Origin: an uncultured virus (IMG/VR IMGVR_UViG_3300005512_000014)
Taxonomy: Duplodnaviria; Heunggongvirae; Uroviricota; Caudoviricetes
Strand: one strand, 5' to 3'
Virus record (IMG/VR): IMGVR_UViG_3300005512_000014
DNA: 64,000 bases
Shown piece after piece: positions 1-9,643 of the stretch; within the stretch, counting starts at the first letter, position 1, and each line of letters opens with the position of its first letter. The notes beneath the pieces are model-generated. The model was not told the origin of the DNA and ran no database searches. It worked only from the letters and a program-made list of their open reading frames with translations. The position numbers and the translations under genes are program-made.

Positions 1-1117
1 GCCCTGCTCCTGCACTCACTTCATCAGTGAAGTCGTAGTCTTTGTCACCCCATTCAGAATCTCCATCACCGGTTACCACTACCACCTTAAGTTTTGACAA
101 GTCGGACTTTAGAATACTGAGATGGTCGTCTGTGATTTCAGTTTCTACATCAAGTGCATCTGACGGTTCTTGTGAGAGGGCGTTGGCTAGGCTAGTTGTG
201 AGGAACGTGTCCTGCTTAGCAAAGCCGATGTACTTGGCCTCAAACATCAAACCAACAGTGCATTGCATGGGAACCATTGAGTGTGTGAACTTCGTAAAGG
301 TAACAGTGATGTCCTTCACAAAGCCTTCTACAATGTAGAGCGACGAAAACACGACACGCACCGGAAGAGGTAGCAAGAATGCCGTGTTACCAACATTGAG
401 GCCCACAAATGATTCGACACTAGCCTGTGCTTGTGCTGCTCGGTCTGCCTCGGTTAAGCCCGCCTCTTCTTCTTCTTCACTGGCATCAGTAGCCAATACA
501 TCCGCAATGGCCTCTGCCGTCAGACCCCTAATGATGTCATCTTTCTTCTTACTACTTACGCCTACTCCGATAATGTCGAACAGAAGAGACAGATCGTGCA
601 GTACACCGATTACTTGGGGGCCGAGTTCTTCCCAAGGAGACTGACTAGAGAGGTCGATCTGAGACTCATCAGAAAGCCTGTACTCGTTGAGTTCCTTGCT
701 GCGATCAAAGAACAACTCAAAACCTGTGGTCACCGTACCCGGCATAGGGCGCGCATAATCAGCAGCACTTTGCTGCATAAAGTTAAGAACAGTTGTATTC
801 TGCGACACGTTTTGCGTCAACAGCGCTGGATTGAATTGGAAATTCAGTTTCTTATGAAAGTTGTACCCACGATTCATTGAACCAGTGTCAGGTAGTTCAA
901 TGCTCCTGATGTAACCCCTTTTAAGGTCTAAGTTCTTGTTACTGCTAGTAGTAACGGTTTGACCAGTAGAAGTAGTCTGCGTATTAGGGTCTACAACACG
1001 TACAACGCGGTCTGGGTACTTGAACTCACGGTTTTGCTCAGACGGAGAATACGTAAGGTTCTCGCCTGAAGCATCATTGTCGTACAGGTTTGCTAACTGA
1101 TCATTGCGATAAGACAT
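1..1117 (-). CDS. Partial baseplate hub / tube-initiator-like protein (runs off the left edge)
   Basis: Read by hand: ATG at 1115-1117 overlaps the tape-measure stop (TAATG). Open frame MSYRNDQLAN...LNFQFNPALLTQ...FELFFDRS...VRVVFSSLYIVEGFV...PMQCTV. FQFNP motif and position after the TMP fit contractile-tail hub proteins. Confidence 0.6.
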   Translation of the reverse strand, partial: MSYRNDQLANLYDNDASGENLTYSPSEQNREFKYPDRVVRVVDPNTQTTSTGQTVTTSSNKNLDLKRGYIRSIELPDTGSMNRGYNFHKKLNFQFNPALLTQNVSQNTTVLNFMQQSAADYARPMPGTVTTGFELFFDRSKELNEYRLSDESQIDLSSQSPWEELGPQVIGVLHDLSLLFDIIGVGVSSKKKDDIIRGLTAEAIADVLATDASEEEEEAGLTEADRAAQAQASVESFVGLNVGNTAFLLPLPVRVVFSSLYIVEGFVKDITVTFTKFTHSMVPMQCTVGLMFEAKYIGFAKQDTFLTTSLANALSQEPSDALDVETEITDDHLSILKSDLSKLKVVVVTGDGDSEWGDKDYDFTDEVSAGAG

Positions 1118-3954
1118 TAAGCGCTCCTAAGCCCAAGTGCGTCGACTTCATCCTTTAGATACTTACTGACGGTTTTAGCGATGTTGCGTAGATCGGGAGT
1201 GTCTGCTGCTCCATTGAAGTTGATCACGGGGGCGACAGTAATAGTCGGAGAAGACGTAAAGTTATTAGTCGTTGAGTTGTTTCCCCCAGAACGTGAACCT
1301 ACTCGGTGCGAAGGCTCAGAAAACATAGGGTCACCGGACGTGTACTCAACAGTGGCTGCTGCTGCGGTTGCTGCTTCGCGGAACGAGTCAGTCTCCCAAC
1401 GGTGGTCTCCGTTGCGATCCCACCCTGCTTCGCCATCTAGATATGGGCTGCTATCGGAGCCACGCCACGGCATAAAGCCGGGGTTCTCGCCAGAAGATGT
1501 CTCACGAGAATTCAAGAATAAGAGACGGGCGACCTGAGCGTTTAGGTTTGGGTCGAAAAGATCGGAAGCCTCATCTACACCCGGAACCTGCAATGCTATC
1601 TCTTTATTCGCAGACCAGTTGATCTGCCACATACCACGGTCGGAAGTGTTCGGATTCTTGGCACTTGGGTCCCAACGAGACTCACGACCGGCGATAGCGA
1701 TAAAGTCGATAAGGTCTTGACCTCGGAAGCCTGCTTTATATGCCGCCTTAGCGGCAATAAGCGCACCGGGATCGACGGGGCCGGTAGGTTTGACCTGATC
1801 TGTCCTGAAGAAGAACGGACTTCTGTTCTTGGGATCAGACCACCCTCCACCACCGGAAGCGTTGTTACGTGTTGAAGACCTAACAGATGCTGCCCGTGAC
1901 TGGGTAAACGCGATGACCTCAGCAATAGACATGCCAGACAAGTCGTTAGCGGTCATAACACCCCCGGCGTAACCAGACGTATACACGCTGCTGTGCTCAG
2001 ACGGCATATGACCTGTCTCTTCGTCGTTGGCGCTACCGTAACTGTAGTTATTGTCCGTTCCCCAAGGCGCTCCCTGCTTTTCATACTTAGCACGAGAGTT
2101 AGGTAGATCAGAGGGCTGAACGTGCCACGGCTCGCCGTTGACTCCTGAAAAGTCTTTCAGTCCGTACTTGCCACCGTTGGCAGCAACCCATTCCAAGTCA
2201 CCAACAAGGTCTGCTGCAAGACCAATCTCATGCATGGACCTTCCGGGGGGCGCTGCCGGAGCACCGGAGTGTCGTTTCCAGTTCGTACCACGCCAGAAAG
2301 TGCCGGTTTCTTCCGTGGTCGGTGCATACCGATCAAGGAACATCTTTTCTTGATCCTTTGGTGAACGGAAACCGCCACCGATACCTACACGGCCACCTGA
2401 TGCCCTCATCATGTTCAGTAGTCGTGACTGGAACTTAGGATGCAATTGTCGGAATGTCGACTTGTTTTTCAGTTCTGAGAGCGATATACGTTGACCGTTA
2501 TAACCGTAGGGTACGGTAATACCGGAGTCGCCTGTAGCGTCGGCGCTAGGAGCGGGGCCAGCAGCACCTCCAGTGCTCTCAGCCTCTGGGTTTTCTGGGT
2601 CTCCGAGAGCACCCAATACAGCACCGGTACCCAACGCTAGACCGCCAAGGATACGGGCACCCGGAACAGGTGCCAGCATCGCTGCCATACCAAAGCCGGT
2701 CAATGCGGGTGCTACGGAACTACCCAAGCGAGCGATGGGCCGACTGCTAATACGGCCCCCGATAAGACCGCTCATGGTGTCTTCCAAGGACGCCATGGCC
2801 TCAATCAACCTTTGGTTGCTCTGCTCAAGAGTAGCCATGTTGTCGATCTGACGGCGCATGAAGTTCTCTTCACGAGCAACCTGTGTCCTGTTAGTCTCTT
2901 CCTGCTGTACAGCGAAGTTGTTTTCAATACCCATGATCTGCCGGTGCGCAGCGTTCTGAGCGTTGTAGAATCCCTCACCCCCACGCTCACGGAATTGAAT
3001 CTGTTGTTGTCCCTGCTGAATAAGTTGAGTTGCTGCGTCTCCGGTAATACCGATGTCAGCCAACTGGGCACGAGCGACGGAGCCGGGGCGCAAAGCATTC
3101 TGCGCCAAGAACGCATTGTCAAGACCAAGGCGTCGAATAATGTCACGGTTGACCGATTGCGGATCACGCATGCCACCGCCGATTTCAAAAGCGTTGACAC
3201 CAATCGTCATCAGCATGCGGTTAGCAACAGCAGGATTCAACATCTGTTCGTATGTCGAAAGCACATCTTGAGTACTCAGACTGAACCCTGATTGGGTTCG
3301 GAGAGCCTCAACAGCACCACCCAGTTGCTCAACATTCATGTATCCGGTTTGTGCTTGGAACTGTTGGATGGCGTTGATCCCACCAGTACCTAAACGGAAG
3401 TCTTGCAGTGGCTGACGTACTTGCTGCATCACCTGCATTTGCGACATATTTGTCATTTGCTGTGTCAGTACGTTCAGGCGATCAGCAGATGAAGAGTATG
3501 CCATGCCTCTGTCGATACGGGCATCCATGGAACTTATGCCTGCACCAAGCACGCGCCCAATACCGGCCATACCTCCAGCAGCCATGAAGTTACGGAATCC
3601 AGAGGTGCGCCCTCCACCACCGTCAGAACCCGCAGAGGCAGTTGCTGCTACTTGACCTGCTGCGCGGTCATCCCTTTGGGGGGACGATGTCTTCATCTGA
3701 AGAGACGCGCCGTAACCCTTCGCACTACCACCCTGCATGTTGCTGACATTCTCAGCAACATTCTTTGACGCAGCAGCAAGGAGGTCCATCTCCTTACGCA
3801 ACTCCATCGTCACTGCCTTGACGGCAGTGAGTCCGCGCTTAAGTGTTTCTAACTGATTGGCGTCTACGCGAATGCCAGCCTTAGCGGTACCGGCACGCCC
3901 CATGTGGCTACCGCCGATGATACCAGCGCCTACTTCTGCGTCTGGATTAGACAT
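1117..3954 (-). CDS. Tape measure protein with M15-type peptidase and lytic transglycosylase (SLT-like) domains
   Basis: 945 aa, helical Ala/Gly/Gln-rich N-terminal half. GFRS..Q...APPGRSMHEIGLAAD...EPWH matches M15/VanY. RES...GMWQIN matches the lysozyme/SLT motif. Follows tube and chaperone. Confidence 0.85.
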   Translation of the reverse strand: MSNPDAEVGAGIIGGSHMGRAGTAKAGIRVDANQLETLKRGLTAVKAVTMELRKEMDLLAAASKNVAENVSNMQGGSAKGYGASLQMKTSSPQRDDRAAGQVAATASAGSDGGGGRTSGFRNFMAAGGMAGIGRVLGAGISSMDARIDRGMAYSSSADRLNVLTQQMTNMSQMQVMQQVRQPLQDFRLGTGGINAIQQFQAQTGYMNVEQLGGAVEALRTQSGFSLSTQDVLSTYEQMLNPAVANRMLMTIGVNAFEIGGGMRDPQSVNRDIIRRLGLDNAFLAQNALRPGSVARAQLADIGITGDAATQLIQQGQQQIQFRERGGEGFYNAQNAAHRQIMGIENNFAVQQEETNRTQVAREENFMRRQIDNMATLEQSNQRLIEAMASLEDTMSGLIGGRISSRPIARLGSSVAPALTGFGMAAMLAPVPGARILGGLALGTGAVLGALGDPENPEAESTGGAAGPAPSADATGDSGITVPYGYNGQRISLSELKNKSTFRQLHPKFQSRLLNMMRASGGRVGIGGGFRSPKDQEKMFLDRYAPTTEETGTFWRGTNWKRHSGAPAAPPGRSMHEIGLAADLVGDLEWVAANGGKYGLKDFSGVNGEPWHVQPSDLPNSRAKYEKQGAPWGTDNNYSYGSANDEETGHMPSEHSSVYTSGYAGGVMTANDLSGMSIAEVIAFTQSRAASVRSSTRNNASGGGGWSDPKNRSPFFFRTDQVKPTGPVDPGALIAAKAAYKAGFRGQDLIDFIAIAGRESRWDPSAKNPNTSDRGMWQINWSANKEIALQVPGVDEASDLFDPNLNAQVARLLFLNSRETSSGENPGFMPWRGSDSSPYLDGEAGWDRNGDHRWETDSFREAATAAAATVEYTSGDPMFSEPSHRVGSRSGGNNSTTNNFTSSPTITVAPVINFNGAADTPDLRNIAKTVSKYLKDEVDALGLRSA

Positions 3955-3965
3955 AGTTGCCTCCG

Positions 3966-4160
3966 CTATTGATTACGCCACTTCGCCATACGATACCAGA
4001 AATCGCGTTGGCGAACTGTCATGGATTTAATATCGTGTAAGTTAAACCCGTTGTATGCAGAGGCTATTGCTTCGTATTCCCAATACAGTATAGTCAGATT
4101 AACCGAGTAAAAGTGAGACCCAGTCGAGCAGAAGTGGCATATCTTGCTCACAACTTGCAC
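3966..4160 (-). CDS. Small tail/baseplate assembly ORF, probably a frameshift extension of 4099..4890
   Basis: YWEYEAIASAYNGFNLHDIKSMTVRQRDFW; overlaps the upstream gene in the +1 frame and has no good start of its own. Confidence 0.55.
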   Translation of the reverse strand: MQVVSKICHFCSTGSHFYSVNLTILYWEYEAIASAYNGFNLHDIKSMTVRQRDFWYRMAKWRNQ

Positions 4161-4890
4161 ACTGAGTATTCACCTCCCGCATAGTTGGCCCAAACTCACT
4201 TGTGAGCAGAGCGTTGACCAACTTCTTACGGTCGCCCACCTTTAGGCGACGCGCCCAGTCGATGGCCTGCTGGGGGGTCGTTTCTGTGTCCCACAACACA
4301 CAACGAGACAACATCAAGGTGTTCATGTGCGCTTCGTTATCGGACTCCTTCTGAACGACGCGGGTATCCTCGCCATTAGGAAGCCTAAGGCGTACTACAC
4401 CTTCCGAGATGGTAACTTCCATACCCTGCTTTAGGTCGAACGTCGGCTCAATGATAGGAAAGTCGACATCCAACTCAAGCACCACGTCGTTAGTTTCACC
4501 ACATGAGGTACAGGTAGCCTGAATCTCTCGCGTATCTCCATACGTGGCACGAACGATGGCGAGATACAAGATGTCCCGGTCACCAAGAGGCAACTTATCG
4601 ATGAGTTCTGTGCTGCCCTTGACTTCTACATCACCAATTTTAAGTACTGCGCGTGCGAGCAACTCTGACATGTACTCCGAATAGAGGAGACCTTTCTTCT
4701 TTTCAACAGAAGAAAGGTGCTCTTCGTCTTCTCCAGTAAGTTCCCTTACCGTGGCTACATCGTGCCAAACGTCATTAGCGAGATCATGGATACCTCGCAT
4801 CAACTGAACTGAGTTGTTTGGCACGTCCCCCATGCGGGGGACGGGGTCGGTAATGGCATCATTAACGACCTGAGCCTCTTCCATAGTCAT
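4099..4890 (-). CDS. Tail/baseplate assembly chaperone (T4 gp26-like, two CxxC)
   Basis: VRELTGEDEE, GDRDILYLAIVRATYG, CTSC, CASC; lies between tube and TMP. Confidence 0.7.
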   Translation of the reverse strand: MTMEEAQVVNDAITDPVPRMGDVPNNSVQLMRGIHDLANDVWHDVATVRELTGEDEEHLSSVEKKKGLLYSEYMSELLARAVLKIGDVEVKGSTELIDKLPLGDRDILYLAIVRATYGDTREIQATCTSCGETNDVVLELDVDFPIIEPTFDLKQGMEVTISEGVVRLRLPNGEDTRVVQKESDNEAHMNTLMLSRCVLWDTETTPQQAIDWARRLKVGDRKKLVNALLTSEFGPTMREVNTQCASCEQDMPLLLDWVSLLLG

Positions 4891-4922
4891 ATTGTGCTCC
4901 TAAATTGTAGGTGTTGTAGAGA

Positions 4923-5552
4923 TCAGCCGTACTGCGCGAACGAATCGGTACTAACAGAACCGTCAACCGAGTCAGCCCACTCAATGACGAAGCCCTCGTG
5001 GTTGAGCACCATCTGCTGAATCAGGATTGAAGAGTCACCTGCGTTCAGGTCTCCCAGCGAATACGAAGCAGGCCAGCAGTTGAACAGTTTGTAGGCGATC
5101 TTCACATCACCTGCGGGAGTGGGGTTTCCGTCACCGGTACCGGGCTGGGCATATGAGCCAGCAGAGGTCGGATGGTCGTGCACAGTCACGACCATATCGC
5201 AACGGTAATCGTTGTTACCGCTCTCTGAACCGACCAAGTTCAAGCCACCTTGACCCCATGCATGCATGAACTCTTGCCACTGATACATGGCCTTCTGGTG
5301 TGCGAACACACCCTTAGTCAAGGTAATGGGGCCGTAGTCGCTCTGACCGACCATCTTATGCGGATGGGTGTTCATACCGCCTTCGCGGTATGCGATCATC
5401 TCGTTCTGAACAGTAAGACCAGAAACTACAGAGAAACCCATCTTAACGATGTCTTCGCCAATCAGGCTATAGAGACCAGAGTCGGTGTCGGGGAGGACCT
5501 GAACCTGAAACTTAAAGTTGCGGATCGGGTCAGTCTTGTTTGCGCGTGCCAT
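4923..5552 (-). CDS. Tail tube protein (T4 gp19-like)
   Basis: DPIRNFKF, YREGG, ITLTKG, NCWPASY motifs; directly after the sheath. Confidence 0.92.
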   Translation of the reverse strand: MARANKTDPIRNFKFQVQVLPDTDSGLYSLIGEDIVKMGFSVVSGLTVQNEMIAYREGGMNTHPHKMVGQSDYGPITLTKGVFAHQKAMYQWQEFMHAWGQGGLNLVGSESGNNDYRCDMVVTVHDHPTSAGSYAQPGTGDGNPTPAGDVKIAYKLFNCWPASYSLGDLNAGDSSILIQQMVLNHEGFVIEWADSVDGSVSTDSFAQYG

Positions 5553-5572
5553 AGGAATTACTCCTTAATGTA

Positions 5573-7108
5573 TCAGAGTGATTCAGCAGCGTTGCCGCCA
5601 CCGGTCCACTGACTGAGGTTAATAACGATGAACTCTGCTGGATACTGGAGGGCGACACCGACTTCGACATTCACAATGCCCTGATCGATGCTTGCCGCCG
5701 TGTTGTTGGTACTGTTGCACACCACGTAGAACGCCTGCGAGGCGTTGGCACCTTTAAGCCCTCCAGAGCGGTAAAACTCACCAAGGAACGACGCCACCGT
5801 GAGATTGATGCGGTTCCACAAGTTGGGGTCGTTCGGCTGGAACACCGCAAAATCAGTGACCCGCTTGAGGCTGTACTTCAAGTAGTTCAGCGTGCGTCGA
5901 ACAGGGATGAACTTGTCGGTAGCAGTGCGAGAGAGCGTACGAGCACCGTACACGACTACGCCACCGCCCGGAACTGCCTTGAAGGCGTTGATCGGGGTTG
6001 ACCCATCATACAGAGTACCGATATCTGTGTTAGACAGATTAGCCACGAGGCCGATGGCACCACGGATGTCAGCATCGAAACCAGCAGGAGCCTTAGCGAC
6101 CGAGCGCTGTGTCTCGGTACGAACCATGAGACCAGCGACTGCGCCACCGGGGTAGGTAACCCGGATTGCGCCGGGACCGGTCTTGGCGGGGTCTACCATC
6201 TTTAGAGCCGGTGCGTAGTGAGCAGCATACCCACCATTGGACTGGTTCGTGAAGTTAGACGAGGTGGTCTGGATGCTGCTCAAAGTCTCATCGGTCTTGT
6301 CAGGATCAACGATAACGAAAGAGTCACCACGAGCAGCGGCCTTGTTGACGAGAGCCGTAATAACCGTACCGGAGGTGTTACCGACTGCGTTCAACAGCAG
6401 CATACCTTCGAGGGGGTCCAGAAGGTCAACAGCGGTGGTGTAGTCAGAGTCGGCAACCGCGCTTCCGTCTGAGCCGTTAGCCAAAGAAAAGGTGCTTGCG
6501 GTGTCAAAGGTGTTATCAGCAGTAGCGTTTTCGGTGCTGACATTACTGACCACAATGTAGTTGCTGTAAGTGTTGATGACCGTGCCCACATAACGACTGG
6601 AGTTCGGGTCCAAAGAAACTTCGGTCCAGCGCTCAACTTCAGTCGTGCCATCGGTAATGACAACCGTGAAGGTTCCATGCGTTCCATCTGAGTAAGCCTG
6701 CTGGCCGTTGACGATATTGATTTTGAGGCTATTTCCCCAAGCACCGGCGCTAATGGCGTCGGCATCAAACAGCGTTGCAGCAGAACTGGCGCCAGTGTCG
6801 CCATTCGGGTAATACTCAATGCTGGTGTTGTCAGCGATTGCTGCATCAGAAGCAGCAACACGCACGACGTAGCAAGTGCGACCACCATTGGCAAAGTAGT
6901 GGTATACAGCATACCCAATGTCGTATGCGTCCTTGAGGTCACCGTAGGTACGCTTGTATGAGGCCCAGTTATCGATGGCAGTTACGGTCGTGGGGCCGCG
7001 CTCGGCCTCACCGAAGAACACAGCAGCGGTGCCCCCCGAAAAGGAAGGCGTCAGCGACGACAGTGTGCCCTCGTTAACGTAGACACCCGGAGTTGAGTAG
7101 GTAGGCAT
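5573..7108 (-). CDS. Contractile tail sheath protein
   Basis: TPGVYVNE, YFANGG, KAPAG, YGARTL, VRRTL, FQPND, PAEFIVI. Confidence 0.96.
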   Translation of the reverse strand: MPTYSTPGVYVNEGTLSSLTPSFSGGTAAVFFGEAERGPTTVTAIDNWASYKRTYGDLKDAYDIGYAVYHYFANGGRTCYVVRVAASDAAIADNTSIEYYPNGDTGASSAATLFDADAISAGAWGNSLKINIVNGQQAYSDGTHGTFTVVITDGTTEVERWTEVSLDPNSSRYVGTVINTYSNYIVVSNVSTENATADNTFDTASTFSLANGSDGSAVADSDYTTAVDLLDPLEGMLLLNAVGNTSGTVITALVNKAAARGDSFVIVDPDKTDETLSSIQTTSSNFTNQSNGGYAAHYAPALKMVDPAKTGPGAIRVTYPGGAVAGLMVRTETQRSVAKAPAGFDADIRGAIGLVANLSNTDIGTLYDGSTPINAFKAVPGGGVVVYGARTLSRTATDKFIPVRRTLNYLKYSLKRVTDFAVFQPNDPNLWNRINLTVASFLGEFYRSGGLKGANASQAFYVVCNSTNNTAASIDQGIVNVEVGVALQYPAEFIVINLSQWTGGGNAAESL

Positions 7109-7819
7109 TTAGAAATCCTCCAAGAAAGAGTTGGAAAAAACGGTAGAATCCTCTTCGTTGTCTTTTAGTGTACCAGCAACTGTAAGCACCTTGCTGACTG
7201 CTGTGATGTCGGTTTGAGGCAGTTCAGCATTAATTTGTACCGTAATGACCTTGCGGAAAATACGCTTCTTGTAACCAGTTTCCTGATCTAAAAGATCGGC
7301 TGATCGCCAGTCTAGTATATCGCAACGTCGAATAGTGCCATCTTCTGGGACTTCAATAAAACCCCGTCTGAATGGAAATACATAGCGCAGCAATGCTGCC
7401 GTCAACTGACGGTCGTGTCGTTGACTTCTACAATATGTAGATACTTGATAAGTTAGATCCACTGGGACAAACTCATCAGAACTAATGAATCCAGAATCAC
7501 CAACAATAACGTCCAAGCCAGCCTTGTCATATTCTGAAGGGAAGTAATCCATATTTGACAATGAGTCTCTCAAAGAAGCACTAATACCGGCGTCGTTGGT
7601 GTAGTAGTAGTTCTGCTTTGATTCTTGGCGTTGGCGTGCATGTACAATGTCAACTAACTCCAAAGTGACGAATGGGTATACCTTTTCGGCCTCTGCATCT
7701 GGATAACGAAAGAAAGTACTCACAGAGCGCGTCGTATTACGGTCATCTGTGACGTACAAAGATGACAACCGCTGCTTCAAGGCAGCGTCTTCGGCAAGGG
7801 TAAAACCCGGATTAGCCAA
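7109..7819 (-). CDS. Tail completion / sheath terminator-like protein
   Basis: Immediately upstream of the sheath; YPFVTLEL, PVDLTYQVSTY. Start placed at TTG 7819. Confidence 0.6.
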   Translation of the reverse strand: MANPGFTLAEDAALKQRLSSLYVTDDRNTTRSVSTFFRYPDAEAEKVYPFVTLELVDIVHARQRQESKQNYYYTNDAGISASLRDSLSNMDYFPSEYDKAGLDVIVGDSGFISSDEFVPVDLTYQVSTYCRSQRHDRQLTAALLRYVFPFRRGFIEVPEDGTIRRCDILDWRSADLLDQETGYKKRIFRKVITVQINAELPQTDITAVSKVLTVAGTLKDNEEDSTVFSNSFLEDF

Positions 7820-8213
7820 GAGACACCTCCTTATGCATGAACTCGTCAATGCTGTCGTTCACGCTGTCGGCTGCTTTACGTGCCTGCTTACGGAGAAGCG
7901 CTGTAGGGGGGCGATCTTGGTCACCGAACTCAAGAGCATTGATATACATTTCCGCATCGCCAGAACCGTGGTGAGCAACCGTCAGGTCCCCCTCGCGTAC
8001 GTTGACGTATAACAGGTCAGCAACTGGTGCCCAATCTGGGTCCTTCAGTACAACGTCGCGCATTTCCCTGTATGCCTCTGCGGAAGCCTTGTCAATTGCG
8101 TCTGACAGGTCATTAAAGAAGTTGTCAGACAAGTAGTCGACATGCAGAGCAGCGAACATATCCCCAGAAATGAATCCAGAATCAGCAGGTTTAGGGATGT
8201 TAGAAGCCGCCAT
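7812..8213 (-). CDS. Putative neck/tail-completion protein
   Basis: 133 aa with LEFG motif, in the neck gene block. Confidence 0.45.
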   Translation of the reverse strand: MAASNIPKPADSGFISGDMFAALHVDYLSDNFFNDLSDAIDKASAEAYREMRDVVLKDPDWAPVADLLYVNVREGDLTVAHHGSGDAEMYINALEFGDQDRPPTALLRKQARKAADSVNDSIDEFMHKEVSLG

Positions 8214-8294
8214 GGCTATCCTCCGCGATTCTGGGCATTGTAAGGGCGTTTATACAGTCACAGACGCGCATCTGTAACTGACCACATCATACAC

Positions 8295-8843
8295 TCAACT
8301 TGGGAACGATGTAGGCCAAGGGAGACTCGTAATAGATGGATTTACAGGCCCAACGGAGAAAGGGAACTCCTGATCAACAAACACCTCATAGGCGTTCACT
8401 TGGATGACGACTTCTCCGCGAGGAACCTCAAACGCCTCACCGTTAAGGCGACCCCTGACCCTGTACGACGAAATCTTGTAGTACCGCGAGTCGTACTCAA
8501 CGATGTCGTTTAGGTGGTCGTTGTACTCACCGGCGTTATCTAGACCAGCGTTGACGGCATCATCATGGAGAATGATCAACTGAAGAGTCTGCGTAGGTTG
8601 ACGCGCCTCAGGAATAGCCCTGTACTCATCCTCTGCTTCTGTCGCATAAATAACGGGAATAACAATGCCTCGCGTATACGAGCGTCCACCTGCTCCGGGG
8701 ACGCCTTCGTCGTATACGTCGTCATATAGGCTCGCCCCGTTGTTCAGCGGTTTGAACTGATACCAGATGGTATGTTCTCCAGCAGCACGATTACGCCGAC
8801 GAACGTGCTTGTTGATTAGCCCCAGTTCGCGTCGAACATCCAT
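8295..8843 (-). CDS. Putative head-closure / neck protein
   Basis: 182 aa; DDVYDEG; D.VEYDSRYYKI pattern; position in the neck block. Confidence 0.55.
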   Translation of the reverse strand: MDVRRELGLINKHVRRRNRAAGEHTIWYQFKPLNNGASLYDDVYDEGVPGAGGRSYTRGIVIPVIYATEAEDEYRAIPEARQPTQTLQLIILHDDAVNAGLDNAGEYNDHLNDIVEYDSRYYKISSYRVRGRLNGEAFEVPRGEVVIQVNAYEVFVDQEFPFSVGPVNPSITSLPWPTSFPS

Positions 8844-9643
8844 CAGTAATACCCCGTGCTCAAGTAACCGGGGGGCGGCTCACCGTCAAGGTATACCTCT
8901 TCGCGGAGATCATCTGGTTCTTCCTCAACATTGATAACGCCGTCATCGATCTCTGGGTAGATACGCTCAATGGGGCCGTAGTCCCCCACCTCACGCGGCT
9001 TGTACAGAGGAACGAGTCGATTGGTGGTCTTGCTGACACGGCGAAGGTTAACCACTTCCAAACGCTCAAGACCGATATTCAGGGCTTGGGCACGCTTATT
9101 GTATTCAGAAGTCCAGTACTCCACGAGGCTTGATACCATTCGATACCGTTGCGAGGTTTGTATGTGGACGGACTCCGAAGTAATTACGTCGATATCCCGT
9201 GAAAATTCGGATAGCAATCCCCACAAAGCCTGAACGAGTGCGTGGATACCGATGACATCCACAACCGCGGGGGCCATATTCGCCAACGGAATACGCAAGT
9301 TGTGCGTGTTCAGATTGATCGCCATATCGGCGTAGAAATCCAAGTCAGTAGGGGTAAGCCACTCGTAGTAGTAACCCTCAATCATCAAAGTGTCATTAGA
9401 CGACAGCACAGGAGTCAAACGAAGGGTGCCGTTGCGCTCATCTAACTCGTATTGAGATGCTGTTAGAGCAGAAGCATTAGCCTGACCCTGTGGAACGTAA
9501 GCCACCCACAAAGTATCGGAATCAATGTTGGGGCGACCAAGGTCGTACGTCCTTCCTCGCGGAACGAAGGTCTGCTGAAAGGGCTTTTTGAAGTCGCGGA
9601 GATAGTTGCGCGCTACGTTAGTGATGTCTGCTTTAGTAGCCAT
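8843..9643 (-). CDS. Putative head-to-tail adaptor
   Basis: 266 aa, translationally coupled within the neck block. Confidence 0.55.
   Translation of the reverse strand: MATKADITNVARNYLRDFKKPFQQTFVPRGRTYDLGRPNIDSDTLWVAYVPQGQANASALTASQYELDERNGTLRLTPVLSSNDTLMIEGYYYEWLTPTDLDFYADMAINLNTHNLRIPLANMAPAVVDVIGIHALVQALWGLLSEFSRDIDVITSESVHIQTSQRYRMVSSLVEYWTSEYNKRAQALNIGLERLEVVNLRRVSKTTNRLVPLYKPREVGDYGPIERIYPEIDDGVINVEEEPDDLREEVYLDGEPPPGYLSTGYY

Noticed and set aside
4099..7819. Extracellular contractile injection system (eCIS/tailocin)
   Set aside because: Capsid, scaffold, portal and TerL are in the same gene block, so this is a phage.
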